Positions 8,350 to 18,894 of a stretch of 64,000 nucleotides of DNA are shown here, one piece after another. The position numbers and the translations under genes were made by a program. The stretch is from Actinomycetota bacterium (GTDB lineage Bacteria > Actinomycetota > Actinomycetes > Actinomycetales > Microbacteriaceae): contig JBEBBA010000057.1 of assembly GCA_041158585.1 (NCBI GenBank), positions 1,882 through 65,881 on the forward strand, given 5' to 3'. Every line of letters begins with the position of its first letter. Within the stretch, counting starts at the first letter, position 1. The notes under the pieces are model-generated. The model made no database searches. It was not told the origin of the DNA and saw only the letters and a program-made list of their open reading frames with translations.

Positions 8350-9683
8350 TGAGACTTACTACTAAGGTTTATCTGGCCACCGCCCTGGTCGCCACGGTTG
8401 GCGCGGCTTCGATTGGATCGACCAACGTCCTGCTCTCCTACGACAGCAAGGTTTCTGGCATCAAGGCTGTGATGACGGAGAACACCGCGATGATCGATGG
8501 AACAAGCATCGACGCCATCTCCGACGCAATCACTATCGGTGAAGTAAGCGTTCAACCCATGTCGATCACTTATGTTGATCCCGAGGGTGGGGTGAGCCTT
8601 ATTCACGACGATGGCCCTGGGCTCACAAAAGATCTACCTTCAGAATCTCTTTCACGAGCAGTCAAAGCTCCCATCGAAAGCGGATCGAACCTTGTGTCTG
8701 CGCTCAGTTTGAGCAACGGGGGGCATCTACTCTTCGTATCGTCAATATCAGAAGCTCAGGCCGAGCGCACGGCCGATCTCAACCGCACAATAGTTCTTTA
8801 CCTGTTCACCCTCGCGGGCATGGTGCTACTTGTTTGGCTTACTCTTCGACGTGATCTTCGGTCGATTCGACGGATCAACTCGGCAGCACTAAAAATCGCT
8901 GACGGAGACCTCTCGGCAGACCTGCCCGACAAAAGGGGTAACTCTGAGATAGAGCAACTCTCAAGATCCCTGCGCAGCATGGTCAGCAAATTGCAGGGCG
9001 CTCTCGATGCCGAGCGAAGCAGCAAAGCGGCGATGGAAAACTTCATCGGGGATGCATCACACGAACTAAAGACACCTCTAACGGTGATCAGGGGTTACAG
9101 CGAGCTGCTACCAAACGCGGACGCTGCTCTTCGAAAGAGCGCCAGCGAGAAGATCATTCGCGAAGTTGACAAGATGAGCAGCATGGTGAACGACCTCTTG
9201 CTACTGGCTAGGCTTGGCGAACAAGCGCCGACCCAGTTGGCGACTGTGCGCCTGGATGAGTTGGTGCGCGACGCCTTTGAAAACCTCAAAGTCTTGGGGC
9301 CAAGTCGGCCAATCGAATTGAAACTTCGCGAAGTTGAATTGGCAAGCGACTCTGAACTACTAGGTCGCTTCCTCGCAAACGCAACCTCGAACATAAACCG
9401 CTATGTGCCAGAAAAGGCAAAGGTGCTTGTGAGCCTGAACACCAAGGGTAAAAAAGCCGAACTACTGATCGAGGATGCAGGCCCCGGGCTTCCAGCAGAG
9501 GCGTATCGCTCTGGGATCCGAAGCTTTAAGCGCTTTGATAAGTCGCGTTCGAAAACAGCTGGTGGAACAGGCCTCGGGATGAGCATCATGGCCGGCATTG
9601 CCGAAAACTTGGGTGGAGACGTGAAACTGAAGAAGTCTGCGCTCGGTGGGCTCTGCGTAAAGCTGACCCTGCCGCTTCGCTAA
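8349..9683 (+). CDS. Membrane sensor histidine kinase (HAMP-HisKA-HATPase)
   Basis: Two TM segments, HAMP, H-box DASHELKTPLT, DAGPG, GGTGLGMSI; TGATG coupling to the regulator. Confidence 0.93.
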   Translation: MRLTTKVYLATALVATVGAASIGSTNVLLSYDSKVSGIKAVMTENTAMIDGTSIDAISDAITIGEVSVQPMSITYVDPEGGVSLIHDDGPGLTKDLPSESLSRAVKAPIESGSNLVSALSLSNGGHLLFVSSISEAQAERTADLNRTIVLYLFTLAGMVLLVWLTLRRDLRSIRRINSAALKIADGDLSADLPDKRGNSEIEQLSRSLRSMVSKLQGALDAERSSKAAMENFIGDASHELKTPLTVIRGYSELLPNADAALRKSASEKIIREVDKMSSMVNDLLLLARLGEQAPTQLATVRLDELVRDAFENLKVLGPSRPIELKLREVELASDSELLGRFLANATSNINRYVPEKAKVLVSLNTKGKKAELLIEDAGPGLPAEAYRSGIRSFKRFDKSRSKTAGGTGLGMSIMAGIAENLGGDVKLKKSALGGLCVKLTLPLR

Positions 9684-10030
9684 ACGCCGAGGTGTTCGCG
9701 CCGAACCCTAATTAGAGCGTCAACGATTTCGATCGACAGGCACTTATCGAGCGGGAAGTGAAGCGAACCAGAGGTGTACTCGAAACCCTCAAGTTCTTTC
9801 TGAAGTTCAACAAAAACCTTGCCACTGTGTGGAAGGTACGCAAGGTGATTCTTGAAGGCGGCGAAACCGGCAACCACCTTCCCGCCCACTCTGAACGCCG
9901 GCATGTTGTAAGAGATGCACTGCTCGGCCTCTGGAACTATTTCTAGAATTCGTTCGCGAAGGAGTTCCAGGGTCTCGCGCTTTTGATCGGGCAGAACTGC
10001 CAGATACTCATCGATGTCCTGCTTAGACAT
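9680..10030 (-). CDS. DUF1801 / YdhG-like protein
   Basis: IDEYLA...LRERILEIVPEAEQCISYNMPAF...FAAFKNHL; start at ATG 10030 overlapping the upstream stop. Confidence 0.75.
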   Translation of the reverse strand: MSKQDIDEYLAVLPDQKRETLELLRERILEIVPEAEQCISYNMPAFRVGGKVVAGFAAFKNHLAYLPHSGKVFVELQKELEGFEYTSGSLHFPLDKCLSIEIVDALIRVRREHLGV

Positions 10031-10458
10031 CAGCGCCAGATCGCGAAGATGATGCCCGCGAAAATAGCCACAAGGATGTCTGGCGTAACTTCGATTAACC
10101 AAACCTTTACCCCGTGACCGGCGAACATGCGGTGGCCAATCGAGTACATCGCGGCAGTCACCGAGATGAAAAGTCCGACGAGTAGGCCATCGACCAGCGA
10201 AACCGAACCGTTTAGGGATTCCAGAACCTGCAGGCTGAGGGCAATCGCAGAGAGTTGAACCAGCGAACCAAGAATGGTCAGGCCGAAAAGCGCAACAGGG
10301 CTCGAGGCCTGGTTCTCTCGGGTTGGTATTGGGCGATCACTCATTAAGCGCCACCAGACCGGGTAGAAGGTTTTCGGCCCAAACCACAAAGAATTGAAAA
10401 CAAAACCGACAACAAAGACGACGGCGAAGGCTGCCCAGTTGATCTCTAGAAAATTCAT
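10030..10458 (-). CDS. DUF1761-like membrane protein
   Basis: INWAAFAVVFVVGFVFNSLWFGP...W pattern; four hydrophobic segments. Confidence 0.7.
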   Translation of the reverse strand: MNFLEINWAAFAVVFVVGFVFNSLWFGPKTFYPVWWRLMSDRPIPTRENQASSPVALFGLTILGSLVQLSAIALSLQVLESLNGSVSLVDGLLVGLFISVTAAMYSIGHRMFAGHGVKVWLIEVTPDILVAIFAGIIFAIWR

Positions 10459-10467
10459 AACTAGAGA

Positions 10468-11955
10468 CTAACCAAGTAGCTCGGCGGCCGCAGCCATTTC
10501 GGGGGCGAGGAATCGGTCCGGCCCAAACCCCGGAACAACCTTGCGCAAGCGCTCGTAGTATTCGCCGGTTACCTTTGCAGGCTTGTGAGGAGCGCGGAGC
10601 TCAATGCACCGGGCGGCACCCAGGTATTCGATTCCGAGAATCGAACGGAGGTTTTCGACAACTTTGCGGAGCTTGCGGCCAGCGTGCCAACCCATCGAAA
10701 CATGGTCTTCCTGCATGGCCGAGGACGGGATAGAGTCAACGCTTGCCGGAACGGCTAGGCGCTTGCAGTCACTGACCAGACCAGCAGCCGTGTATTGGGC
10801 GATCATCAGACCGGAATCCACACCGGCATCGCCGGCTAGGAATGGCGGGAGGTCCTGGTTACGAGACTTGTCGAGCATTCGGTCAAGCCTGCGCTCCGAG
10901 ATCGAGCCGAGGTCGGTTGCAGCGATGGCTAAAAAGTCGAGAACGTAGGCAACCGGCGCTCCGTGGAAGTTGCCATTGGAAGTGACCTCGCCCGAAGAAA
11001 GAACAACCGGGTTATCGACGGCAGCGGCCAGCTCGCGGGTCGCAACCTGTGCCGCGTATTCAACGGTGTCACGCACGGCTCCGGCTACTTGCGGTGCGCA
11101 GCGAAGTGAGTAGGCATCTTGCACGCGGTTATCACCGTGACGATGCGAAGCAACGATTTCTGAGCCGGCTAGCGCAGCCAACATGTTTGCCGCGCTCTTG
11201 GTTTGGCCAGGGTGAGGTCTTAGCGGTTCGTGCAGTTCTGGACGGAAAACCTGATCGGTTCCCATCAAACCCTCGACGCTCATCGCGGCGATCACATCGC
11301 CGTGATCAAGTAGCTTGCGAAGGTCATGAATAGCAAGAATCAACATCCCCAACATTCCGTCAGTGCCGTTGATGAGTGCTAAGCCTTCTTTTTCTTTGAG
11401 CTCTAATGGCTCGATGCCGGCCTCAGCCAGTAACTCGGAAACTGGACGCTCAACCCCGTTAGCGTCGAACGCCCTACCCTCACCCATCAGCACCATCGCG
11501 CAGTGGGCTAGTGGGGCTAGGTCGCCCGAGCAACCGAGCGAACCGAACTCATGAACCAGCGGTGTAATCCCGGCGTTCAGAACAGCCGCCATAGTTTCGG
11601 CAACGACCGGGCGTGCACCCGTGTGTCCCGAGGCAAGCGTCTTGAGCCGAAGCAGCATGAGCGCACGGACAACCTCACGCTCGACGGACGCACCGATACC
11701 GGCGGCGTGCGAACGAATCAAAGATTTTTGCAACTGAACGCGGTCAGCGGGAGCGATATGACGGTTAGCCAGCGCACCAAAGCCTGTTGAGATACCGTAA
11801 ACGGGAACCTCTGCACCAGCCAGCTCGTCGATGCGGGCGCGAGCGCGGGACATGCCCTCAAGCGCCGCCTGAGATAGCGATACCTGCTCGCCTCCGCGAG
11901 CGACCGCCACTACGTCGTCCATGGTCATGCCTGTTGGGTTGATTACTACGGTCAT
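10468..11955 (-). CDS. hutH: Histidine ammonia-lyase
   Basis: [31 protein letters not shown] (MIO), [27 protein letters not shown]; start ATG 11955 overlaps the hutI stop. Confidence 0.95.
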   Translation of the reverse strand: MTVVINPTGMTMDDVVAVARGGEQVSLSQAALEGMSRARARIDELAGAEVPVYGISTGFGALANRHIAPADRVQLQKSLIRSHAAGIGASVEREVVRALMLLRLKTLASGHTGARPVVAETMAAVLNAGITPLVHEFGSLGCSGDLAPLAHCAMVLMGEGRAFDANGVERPVSELLAEAGIEPLELKEKEGLALINGTDGMLGMLILAIHDLRKLLDHGDVIAAMSVEGLMGTDQVFRPELHEPLRPHPGQTKSAANMLAALAGSEIVASHRHGDNRVQDAYSLRCAPQVAGAVRDTVEYAAQVATRELAAAVDNPVVLSSGEVTSNGNFHGAPVAYVLDFLAIAATDLGSISERRLDRMLDKSRNQDLPPFLAGDAGVDSGLMIAQYTAAGLVSDCKRLAVPASVDSIPSSAMQEDHVSMGWHAGRKLRKVVENLRSILGIEYLGAARCIELRAPHKPAKVTGEYYERLRKVVPGFGPDRFLAPEMAAAAELLG

Positions 11956-13130
11956 CTGTTCCTCCGGTGAACTTCTGTTCCTGAAATCCAAGTTGATTCG
12001 ATTAGCTCCACGCCGGGTCTGTATGCCAGGTGAATCGCGTTTGGTGCGTCTAGAACGGCGAAGTCGGCGCGCATCCCTACCGATAGCCCGCCGATGTCGT
12101 TGCGTCGAAGCGCTAGCGCCCCACCTTTGGTTGCAGACCAAACGGCCTGCTCTGGAGTGAAGTGCATGTCGCGAACCGCGACAGCCACACAGAAAGCCAT
12201 CGAAGTCGTGAAAGATGATCCAGGGTTGCAGTCGGTCGCAATTGCCACTGTAACTCCAGCATCCCACAGCCTTCTGGCATCCGGATACTGCGCGCGAGTA
12301 GAGAACTCGGCACCCGGCAGAAGCGTGGCGACGGTTGAACTACCCGCGAGAAGTTCGATGTCACGCGAGGTTAGGTGGGTGCAGTGATCAGCGCTTGCGC
12401 AATCAAGCTTGACCGCTAACTCCACTCCCTTGCCGAAGTCGAGCTGATTGGCATGGATCCTGGGCCTCAGCCCAGCCGCCATACCGGCACGCAGAATTGT
12501 TTCGGATTGGTCCGTGTCGAATGCCCCTCGGTCACAAAAAACATCTACCCACTTTGCATTTGGCGATGAGGCAAAGAGCATTTCGTTACATACGAGATCA
12601 ACATAGTCGTCAGGATTGCTAGCAAACTCAGCGGGAACCACGTGGGCACCAAGGTAGGTGCTCTCCGAAGTGACTTCAGAGTTGAGCCGCACGGTTCTGG
12701 CCTCATCGGCAACCGTGAGACCATAACCGCTCTTGGACTCAAAAGTTGTTATCCCGCTTCGGTGAAACTCGCCAACCCGCTTTGCGATTGCAGACCGCAG
12801 CTGTTCGTCGCTCGCAGCACGCGTTGCCGCAACCGTCGTCCTGATTCCTCCAGCGCTGTAGTTTGTGCCTGCCATTCGAGCCGCAAACTCTTCGGAGCGG
12901 TCGCCGGCAAAGGCCAAGTGTGCGTGCGAATCGACAAACCCTGGGATCACCGCCCTACCGTGCAGATCGACGATGTCGTCAGTGGCCGATAGCTCACTGG
13001 CCGAACCCACCCAGGTAACAAGGCCGCCTTCAACGACGAATGCCGCGTCGGAAACTTCACCGAGCAAGCCGGAACCGAGTTCGAGGTCGTTTGTGACCAG
13101 CGAACCGATGTTCGTGAAGGCGGTGGACAT
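11952..13130 (-). CDS. hutI: Imidazolonepropionase
   Basis: [47 protein letters not shown]. Confidence 0.93.
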   Translation of the reverse strand: MSTAFTNIGSLVTNDLELGSGLLGEVSDAAFVVEGGLVTWVGSASELSATDDIVDLHGRAVIPGFVDSHAHLAFAGDRSEEFAARMAGTNYSAGGIRTTVAATRAASDEQLRSAIAKRVGEFHRSGITTFESKSGYGLTVADEARTVRLNSEVTSESTYLGAHVVPAEFASNPDDYVDLVCNEMLFASSPNAKWVDVFCDRGAFDTDQSETILRAGMAAGLRPRIHANQLDFGKGVELAVKLDCASADHCTHLTSRDIELLAGSSTVATLLPGAEFSTRAQYPDARRLWDAGVTVAIATDCNPGSSFTTSMAFCVAVAVRDMHFTPEQAVWSATKGGALALRRNDIGGLSVGMRADFAVLDAPNAIHLAYRPGVELIESTWISGTEVHRRNR

Positions 13131-14798
13131 TTACTCTTCGGTGTCTAGCATCGGCACGTGAACGTGCTTTTGACGCGCGACCTCGACCGCTTCTGGGTAG
13201 CCGGCATCGACGTGACGGATCACTCCCATACCAGGGTCGTTGGTCAGCACGCGCTGGAGCTTCTGAGCGGCAAGCTCGGTGCCATCGGCAACTGAAACTT
13301 GACCAGCGTGGATGCTGCGACCGATACCCACTCCACCTCCGTGGTGAATTGAAACCCACGAAGCACCCGAGGCGATGTTCACCATCGCGTTAAGCAACGG
13401 CCAGTCGGCGATTGCGTCAGAGCCGTCAAGCATGGCCTCTGACTCACGGTAAGGCGATGCAACCGAACCACAGTCGAGGTGGTCGCGACCGATGACGATT
13501 GGCGCGCTAACCTCCCCCTTGGCAACCAAGTCGTTGAAGGCGGCACCCGCTTTGTCGCGCTCCCCGTAACCAAGCCAGCAAATTCGCGCAGGAAGCCCCT
13601 GGAAAGCAACGCGATCCTGAGCCATCGTGATCCAACGGCGAAGGTGATCGTTCTCTGGGAACAGGTCGAGAATCGCTTGGTCGGTGCGCCAGATGTCTTT
13701 CTTGTCGCCCGAGAGTGCCACCCAGCGGAACGGGCCTTTACCCTCACAGAACAGCGGACGGATGAAAGCGGGGATGAACCCAGGGAAGGCGAAGGCGCGC
13801 GAATAACCACCCTTACGAGCCTCATCGCGAATCGAGTTGCCGTAATCGAAAACCACAGCACCTTTGTCCATAAAGCCGACCATCGCCTCAACCTGCTTGG
13901 CCATCGCTTCTTCGGAGCGCTTGGTGAAGTCTTCTGGGTTCTTCTCGGCGAGCGAGCGCGCATCGTCGAACTCAATACCCTCGGGGATGTAGTACAGCGG
14001 GTCGTGAGCAGAAGTTTGGTCGGTAACAATGTCAATCGGCACATCGCGCTTTAGCAGCTCGGCGAAGATTGTCGCCGCATTTCCCACGAGACCGATAGAG
14101 ATTGCCTTTCGGGCGTTCTTGGCTGCGACGGCGCGGTCAATCGCGTCATCGAGGTTGTCGGCGATTTCGTCCAGGTAGCGGTCGTGAACGCGTCTGCGCA
14201 GTCTGGTTTCATCAATGTCCACGATCAGGCAGGTGCCCTCGTTCATGGTTACCGCGAGCGGCTGTGCGCCACCCATACCACCGCAACCGCCAGTCAGCGT
14301 GAGAGTGCCAGCCAGAGAACCGCCGAAGTGCTTGGCAGCCACGGCAGCAAAGGTTTCGTAGGTTCCCTGAAGGATTCCCTGCGTACCGATGTAGATCCAT
14401 GACCCTGCTGTCATTTGGCCGTACATCGTGAGGCCGAGGTGCTCTAGACGTCGGAACTCGGGCCAGTTAGCCCAGTCGCCGACGAGGTTTGAGTTGGCTA
14501 GTAGGACTCGGGGCGCCCATTCGTGTGTCTGGAAGACACCGACCGGCTTTCCCGACTGAACCAGCATGGTTTCGTCATTCTTGAGCTTTGTAAGAGTTTT
14601 GACGATGGCGTCAAACGAATCCCAGTTTCGGGCCGCCTTGCCGGTGCCGCCGTAAACGACGAGTTCGCGAGGGTGTTCGGCAACGGCCGGGTCGAGGTTG
14701 TTGTGCAGCATTCGGATCGCTGCCTCTTGTTGCCAGCCTTGGGCGGTGATGGTTGAACCGGTGGCCGCCTTCAGCGGAAAATGTGCGTCATTGCTCAT
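13131..14798 (-). CDS. hutU: Urocanate hydratase
   Basis: [54 protein letters not shown]; ATG 14798 preferred (TAGGAT -10 box 7 nt upstream), alternative 14807. Confidence 0.96.
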   Translation of the reverse strand: MSNDAHFPLKAATGSTITAQGWQQEAAIRMLHNNLDPAVAEHPRELVVYGGTGKAARNWDSFDAIVKTLTKLKNDETMLVQSGKPVGVFQTHEWAPRVLLANSNLVGDWANWPEFRRLEHLGLTMYGQMTAGSWIYIGTQGILQGTYETFAAVAAKHFGGSLAGTLTLTGGCGGMGGAQPLAVTMNEGTCLIVDIDETRLRRRVHDRYLDEIADNLDDAIDRAVAAKNARKAISIGLVGNAATIFAELLKRDVPIDIVTDQTSAHDPLYYIPEGIEFDDARSLAEKNPEDFTKRSEEAMAKQVEAMVGFMDKGAVVFDYGNSIRDEARKGGYSRAFAFPGFIPAFIRPLFCEGKGPFRWVALSGDKKDIWRTDQAILDLFPENDHLRRWITMAQDRVAFQGLPARICWLGYGERDKAGAAFNDLVAKGEVSAPIVIGRDHLDCGSVASPYRESEAMLDGSDAIADWPLLNAMVNIASGASWVSIHHGGGVGIGRSIHAGQVSVADGTELAAQKLQRVLTNDPGMGVIRHVDAGYPEAVEVARQKHVHVPMLDTEE

Positions 14799-14833
14799 GA
14801 AATACATCCTAGGCTTCTGGCAGACTTGGCACC

Positions 14834-15691
14834 GTGACTCAGAGTGAAGACGCTAACTGGCCGAGGGCTTCGGCTTGGCTAAGCCCGAGCGACGGCGCTG
14901 AATTCGACATCGCTGTTTTCGGCGTCCCGGCTCACCAAACGAGCATCTCGCCGACCGGAGCGAACGAAACTCCGGCGGCTGTTAGAGCAGCTCTTTCGCG
15001 CTACAGCCTGAACAGTTCCCTTGGCGACATTGGAACCCTAAGGGCTAGCGACTTCGGTGACATCGAAGACCCGGATAACAACGAAGACATCACATCGGCC
15101 ACCGCGCAGGAGCTCACGCAAAAGGCAAGACTCACCGTCGCCATCGGTGGCGATAACTCCATTACTTATGCGGTAGCCAGACACCTTCAAGGCGGACTCA
15201 TCACTTTCGACGCTCACCATGACATCAGGGAAGGTGTATCCAACGGTTCACCCGTTCGCCGATTGATCGACGAAGCTGGCTTCGACCCGAGCCGCATCGT
15301 GCAAATCGGCATCAACGATTTTTCCAACTCCCCCGAATACTCGAGGCGAGCCCGCGAACTTGGAATCACGGTAATAACACGTGAGGAGATCGCGAAAAGA
15401 AGTGCTGCTGACGTTATCGCTCAGGCGTTAGACATCGCTGGCCCAAACACCCACGTTGACTTCGACGTCGATGTTTGCGATCGAGCCTTTGTTCCAGCCT
15501 GCCCGGCGAGCGCGCCAGGTGGAATCAGCGCTTTCGAACTGCGGCAGTTTGCGAGTCTCGTGACACGCAGCCGAAATGTGCGAAGTATAGACATAACCGA
15601 GATTGACGCGACGAAAGACTCTGCAGACCAACGCACCATAAGACTCGGTGCGCTTTTGATCCTCGAAGCAGCAAAGGGGCTTCTCGCTTGA
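14834..15691 (+). CDS. hutG: Formimidoylglutamase (arginase/ureohydrolase family)
   Basis: [31 protein letters not shown]; divergent from hutU. Confidence 0.8.
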   Translation: MTQSEDANWPRASAWLSPSDGAEFDIAVFGVPAHQTSISPTGANETPAAVRAALSRYSLNSSLGDIGTLRASDFGDIEDPDNNEDITSATAQELTQKARLTVAIGGDNSITYAVARHLQGGLITFDAHHDIREGVSNGSPVRRLIDEAGFDPSRIVQIGINDFSNSPEYSRRARELGITVITREEIAKRSAADVIAQALDIAGPNTHVDFDVDVCDRAFVPACPASAPGGISAFELRQFASLVTRSRNVRSIDITEIDATKDSADQRTIRLGALLILEAAKGLLA

Positions 15692-16887
15692 TTACACAGT
15701 GGAAAAAACTTCAGGTTCTTGCGGTCGCAGGAGCGCTCAGCTACCTCGGCAGCTCGCTAACCGGCTTCGCCGTCATGCTGCGCGAAAAGGAAGCCACCGA
15801 CAGCGCCCTAGTGCTAGCGACTCTTAGCCTCGCCATGTTGATACCGAATATCATCTTTGCTCCTTGGGCAGGGTTGATTGCCGATAAGTTCTCCTCTCGT
15901 CAGGTAACTCCGCCTGCGCTGATGATCATGGGAATCTCGAGCGCTTCTATCGCGTTCATCCAGTACCCGTGGTGGTCTTTCGTGGCGCTTTTCATCACAG
16001 CCAGCGCTGGTGTGGCTGTCGGTGCCTCATTCCGCGCAGCCGAGGCAACCATCACGGCTATCGAAGATATGCCCCGAGTTCAGGGAATGCAGAGCACCTA
16101 CATCAGCATTGGTGTTCTATTCGGGCCTGCCCTCGGCGGCATCCTCGTAGAAACCACCGGCTACTTCTGGCCATTCATCATCGACGGCATCACCTTCTTT
16201 GCCCTGGCAGCGGTGTTCTACCTCACCAAGGTGAACCGACCTGGTGTGGTGCACGAAGATGGCGAAAAGCTAAGCGCGATGGCCGGCGTTAAGTTCGTAT
16301 TTGGTGACCGCTTGATCCGAGCCCTGGTGATTCTGCTGGCTGTTCTAATCGTTGCTCTAGGCGTTGTCAACATCGGCGAAATCTTCCTGATTATCGATGA
16401 GCTAAAGGCCAGCAAGTTGATCTACGGATTGACCGGTGTCGCTTTCGCAGCCGGTTCGATTCTGGGTTCGGCACTAACCGGGTTGATCAAACTTCCAATT
16501 CACCGCAACGCCCCGATTACCGTTGCCGCAATTGGCACGCTGGTCCTAACGGTCATCGCCATGGGTGTCTCGCCCCACTGGGGCTACATCATGGTGCTGT
16601 CGGTGATCGCCGGAGTTTCCAACGCCGCGCTAAACGCCTACGCGATCGGAATCATTCTGCAGAGAAGCGATGCCGACACCCGCGGAAGAATCATGGCGGC
16701 AGTTCAGGGAATCATCACAACCGGTTCAGTTTCGGCAACGGTAATCGCCGGTGTCGCACTCGAATTCTTCAACGTGAGAGCGGTGTTAGTTGTCGGTGGT
16801 GTAATCGCCGGAGTCATCTTGGTCATTCTCGGCCCTGAAGTCCTGCGAACAAACAAGGCCAAGCCAGTCGAGGTCACTGAGCAATAG
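15688..16887 (+). CDS. MFS transporter (12 TM, efflux-like)
   Basis: Motif A-like AGLIADKFSSR, GPALGG, about 12 hydrophobic segments; TTGA overlap with hutG. Confidence 0.85.
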   Translation: MITQWKKLQVLAVAGALSYLGSSLTGFAVMLREKEATDSALVLATLSLAMLIPNIIFAPWAGLIADKFSSRQVTPPALMIMGISSASIAFIQYPWWSFVALFITASAGVAVGASFRAAEATITAIEDMPRVQGMQSTYISIGVLFGPALGGILVETTGYFWPFIIDGITFFALAAVFYLTKVNRPGVVHEDGEKLSAMAGVKFVFGDRLIRALVILLAVLIVALGVVNIGEIFLIIDELKASKLIYGLTGVAFAAGSILGSALTGLIKLPIHRNAPITVAAIGTLVLTVIAMGVSPHWGYIMVLSVIAGVSNAALNAYAIGIILQRSDADTRGRIMAAVQGIITTGSVSATVIAGVALEFFNVRAVLVVGGVIAGVILVILGPEVLRTNKAKPVEVTEQ

Positions 16888-17602
16888 TCGGGTTTAGCGT
16901 TGGGCCTTGTTGCAGGGTCCACTTACCCGAACGGTAAACGAGAACCGTCACCGACGTATTGCTAATCGACCCTGTTGCCCACTTACCAGTGAGCTGCTTG
17001 ACCAGGTGCTTGATCACGTAACCGTGGGTTACAAGCGCCACTTTGCCGCCGCGGTTTTTCTCGAGTACGAGACGCATGCCACCCACTATTCGGGACTTAA
17101 ACTTTGCCCAAGTCTCAGCTTTTTTGCTCGGGTCAGAAGCCGCCAAAGCGTTGAACTTCGTCTCGTCGGTGTACTTCCAAAGGTTGGCTACTGAAGTCTT
17201 CAGCTTTTTGGCCATGGTCTCTTGAACTAGACCGACCGGCTTCTGGTCGAAAGAGCCAACTCCCCATTCTCGAAAATGTGTGTCTTTCACCGGGGTTAAC
17301 GGCGTCTCTCGGGTCTTAAGAATTGCGTCAAGCGTTTGAACAGCTCGAACCGAACCGCTAGAAATTGCAGCGGTGAACTGCACGTTCACTAACTTCGTGC
17401 CAATCATTGTTGACTGTCGAACTCCAAGAGGAGTCAGGGGTGTGCTGGACCAACCGCTTTGAAGGCCATTTAAGTTATCAACCGATTGGCCGTGCCGGAT
17501 CAAGTAGATGAGGACGTCCCCCTCGGCGGCCTTAGCCGGCGCAAGTCCGCTTGAAACAAGAGCGGCCAAAACGAAAACTAGGAGGATCCTTAGAGTTCGC
17601 AT
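16874..17602 (-). CDS. Secreted histidine phosphatase (phosphoglycerate mutase-like superfamily)
   Basis: Signal peptide MRTLRILLVFVLAALVSSGLAPAKA, then YLIRHGQS, SSGSVRAVQT, FREW, LVTHG. Confidence 0.85.
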   Translation of the reverse strand: MRTLRILLVFVLAALVSSGLAPAKAAEGDVLIYLIRHGQSVDNLNGLQSGWSSTPLTPLGVRQSTMIGTKLVNVQFTAAISSGSVRAVQTLDAILKTRETPLTPVKDTHFREWGVGSFDQKPVGLVQETMAKKLKTSVANLWKYTDETKFNALAASDPSKKAETWAKFKSRIVGGMRLVLEKNRGGKVALVTHGYVIKHLVKQLTGKWATGSISNTSVTVLVYRSGKWTLQQGPTLNPTIAQ

Positions 17603-17646
17603 AAATCGATTCTCTATCCTTTGGGTCATGGTTGTATAGAGAAGTT

Positions 17647-18885
17647 ATGCGAAACCCTGGGGATTACGTTAGAGGCCTGCGCCGGCACGGCTGGTCGTCG
17701 TTTCGCATTATTGCCGACCGAAGCATCTGCTCACTTGCCGAATCCAACCTTCGACTAGGCTCCAAACGCTCCGTAGCAAAAGCAGCAACCAGAATATACC
17801 GGTGGCCACTTGCCCAGAAATTCTGGGACACAACCCGCATCGACCTTTTGTCAGCCTCCGAATATGAACTCTTGGTCACCAGCCTGCTTCGAAACAAACG
17901 ATGGCAAGACGCTGTCAATGTCGCCGACTTTGCTGAATTACAGGGTCTCTCGGGCCTAAAGGTTGCTCTAGCCAAAGCCGAAGCGCTCTGGCAGCTGAAG
18001 GATCAAAGCGCATTCGAAGAAGCCCGCGAGCATGCAATCGATAAACTCACTAACCCGTCGGCCGCTGCGATCTCACTCATTCGTAACGAAAACCAGGTAG
18101 TGAACATCGCCTCAAGGCTCGAACTGTTGCTGGCTACTGAGGCGCATTTGGATGCCATTCGAGCCAAAGCGGAGACACTGCGAGTCGAAGGCGACGGCTC
18201 AAAGGCGTTTGTTTTCTGGAATTCGGGCTTTCACTCAGCGCCTGGCATTGTTTCTACCTGTGTTGCCCAGCAGCGAAAGATTTACGGGGACAGACTCGTG
18301 CAGTTGACTGCCAAGAATCTCCATGAACACATCGATGTGCCTAACCCTTTGAAACGGGTTGCGAAACTCTGGCCAGCGAATTTTTCCGACGCACTGCGTG
18401 TGGGTCTTCTTGCCAAACACGGCGGCCTTTGGCTGGACGCGACGGTTTACACGACCGAAAACAGCCTTGTACATCAAGGCAAATACTTGGCTGGTGACTT
18501 TTTCGTTTTCAACTACAACGGCCCTCGCATCGCCTCTTGGTTCATGCTCAGCAAGCCCGGCAGCTACCAGGCGCGCCTGCTCTATGCGGCCATGCTTGAC
18601 TACTGGAGTCGAAACAGAAAATTGAAAAACTACTTTCTGTTCCACGACTTCTTCGAAGTTTTCTACCACCTAGACGAGAAGTTTCGCCACGAGTTTGATC
18701 GGGCAACCAATTTGAGTGCGAGCCCGTGCAATCTAGTAGGTCGCAAACTGCTCTGGGCAGACGCGGATTTGAATGCCCTCAATGAAGCACTCAAGGCACA
18801 GCCAGTTCAAAAACTGACCTATAAACCAGGAAATCGCGAGCACGGTTCAAACACTTTGTTCAGTCAGCTCAGCCGACGAGCCTAG
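17647..18885 (+). CDS. Capsular polysaccharide synthesis protein (Caps_synth, DxD glycosyltransferase-like) with helical N-terminal region
   Basis: FVFWNSGFHSAPGIV, ANFSDALRVGLLAKHGGLWLDATVY, ASWFM, YFLFHDFF, VQKLTYK. Confidence 0.75.
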   Translation: MRNPGDYVRGLRRHGWSSFRIIADRSICSLAESNLRLGSKRSVAKAATRIYRWPLAQKFWDTTRIDLLSASEYELLVTSLLRNKRWQDAVNVADFAELQGLSGLKVALAKAEALWQLKDQSAFEEAREHAIDKLTNPSAAAISLIRNENQVVNIASRLELLLATEAHLDAIRAKAETLRVEGDGSKAFVFWNSGFHSAPGIVSTCVAQQRKIYGDRLVQLTAKNLHEHIDVPNPLKRVAKLWPANFSDALRVGLLAKHGGLWLDATVYTTENSLVHQGKYLAGDFFVFNYNGPRIASWFMLSKPGSYQARLLYAAMLDYWSRNRKLKNYFLFHDFFEVFYHLDEKFRHEFDRATNLSASPCNLVGRKLLWADADLNALNEALKAQPVQKLTYKPGNREHGSNTLFSQLSRRA

Positions 18886-18894
18886 ACTTCAGGC

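Noticed and set aside
11510-11550. HutH MIO triad Cys-Ser-Gly instead of Ala-Ser-Gly
   Set aside because: Known variant in actinobacterial histidases; not novel.
11956-12267. 104-aa N-terminal extension of hutH in the ORF track
   Set aside because: Lies inside hutI in another frame with no histidase similarity; ATG 11955 has a GGAGGA RBS and an ATGA overlap.
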